Source: Vulcanimicrobiota bacterium
GTDB lineage: Bacteria > Vulcanimicrobiota > Vulcanimicrobiia > Vulcanimicrobiales > Vulcanimicrobiaceae
DNA: 64,000 nt
Assembly (NCBI GenBank): GCA_963795855.1
Contig: CAWCIZ010000004.1
Location: 250,864-314,863 of the forward strand
Direction of reading: 5' to 3'
Below are positions 63,040 through 64,000 of this stretch, piece after piece (the stretch's first letter is position 1; each line of letters begins with the position of its first letter). The notes under the pieces are model-generated. The model did not search any database. It was not told where the DNA came from and was given only the letters and a program-made list of their open reading frames with translations. The position numbers and the translations under genes were made by a program.

Positions 63040-64000
63040 ATGAGACCGCTCGCATCGTCATGGCAATGCTGCTCGTGATTGCATATGCTTTTGTCGCGGT
63101 CCCCGCGTCCGCCGCTCGACCGCTGAAATCCCGAACCGGACCGTCGCCGTTTCGGCGACGCTGCAGCGAATCTACCAGCGCGCATACGACGAAGCGTACA
63201 GCCGTCACGCCGTCTTGAAGCGACGGAACGACGTTCGTATACACCGGCGACATCGGCATGGAATGGCTGCGCGATTCCAGCGCGATCATGACGCCGTACA
63301 TCGGGCTGGCGCCGCTCCGATTCGTACGTGCGCGCTATGCTGCGCGGGACGATTGCGCGGCAGGCCAAGTACATCTTGATCGATCCGTACGCGAACGCGT
63401 TCACCTCCGACTACCACGTCGCTGAGCGCAAGTTCGAAGTGGACTCGCTGCTGTATCCGATCTGGTTCTCGTACTTGTACTGGAAGGGCACCGGCGACCA
63501 AAGCATCTTCACGCCGAAGTGCACCGCGCGTTCAGGACGATTCTGGCGACCTTGCGCACCGAGCAGCGGCACCGGCAGCGTTCGAAGTACCGCCATCCCG
63601 AACTCGCCAGCGGCGGCATGGGCACGCCGGTCGCGTACACCGGCCTCGTGTGGACCGGGTTTCGTCCCTCGGACGACGCGGCGCGCTACCAGTTCAACAT
63701 TCCGGACAACATGTTCGCAGTCGTGGTTTTGCGCGACCTCACCGAGATCGAGCAGAACGTGTACCGCGACAAGCGCCTGCGCAGAATGCGTGGGGCTTGT
63801 CGGTTCAAATTCAGCGCGCAATCGAGCGCTACGGGCTGATCAACGTCCCCGGATTCGGACGCATCTACGCTTACGAAATGGATGGATACGGCCACGCGAA
63901 CCTGATGGACGACGCCAACATTCCCTCGCTGCTCTCGATCCCGTACTTCGGCTACGTCGGCGTGCAATGACGTGGTCTATCAGGCGACGCGGCGGTTCAT
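63040..64000 (+). CDS. Glycoside hydrolase family 125 (DUF1237); indels, 3' truncated
   Basis: 'TGDI..WLRDS', 'DPYANAF', 'ERKFEVDSL', 'GFRPSDDA', 'YAYEMDG', 'MDDANIPSLLS.PY.G'. Confidence 0.88.

Overview
This is a high-GC, gene-dense chromosomal window of about 65 CDSs with no rRNA, tRNA, CRISPR array, prophage or transposase recognised. Gene style and content suggest a soil bacterium, possibly Candidatus Eremiobacterota; that is inference only. Many conserved genes are broken by single-base indels, clustered at about 27.7-36.3 kb and 53-64 kb. This points to unpolished long-read errors rather than real pseudogenes. Housekeeping content includes an RND permease, pepN, dacB, tldD/pmbA, malic enzyme, trxB, glcD/glcE, namZ-mqnD-mqnB-queE-queD, a branched-chain 2-oxoacid dehydrogenase cluster with two tandem E1-alpha genes, ETF-QO, thiO-thiS-thiG, a divergent EF-G, pcp and a GH125. 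The most notable observations are: (1) an ECF sigma factor translationally coupled to a zinc anti-sigma (HxxxCxxC) domain fused to an O6-alkylguanine alkyltransferase (PCHRV), a candidate Ada-independent alkylation-sensing switch; (2) a Bcp peroxiredoxin with in-frame UGA at the peroxidatic Cys and a SECIS-like hairpin, i.e. a probable selenoprotein; (3) a dispersed modular palindromic repeat family, some copies carrying CsrA-consensus-like GGA hairpins; (4) a PHP phosphoesterase with a histone-H1-like Lys/Ala tail; (5) a DDAH-fold protein lacking its catalytic Cys; (6) candidate structured RNAs upstream of queD and on both sides of the sigma/alkyltransferase pair.
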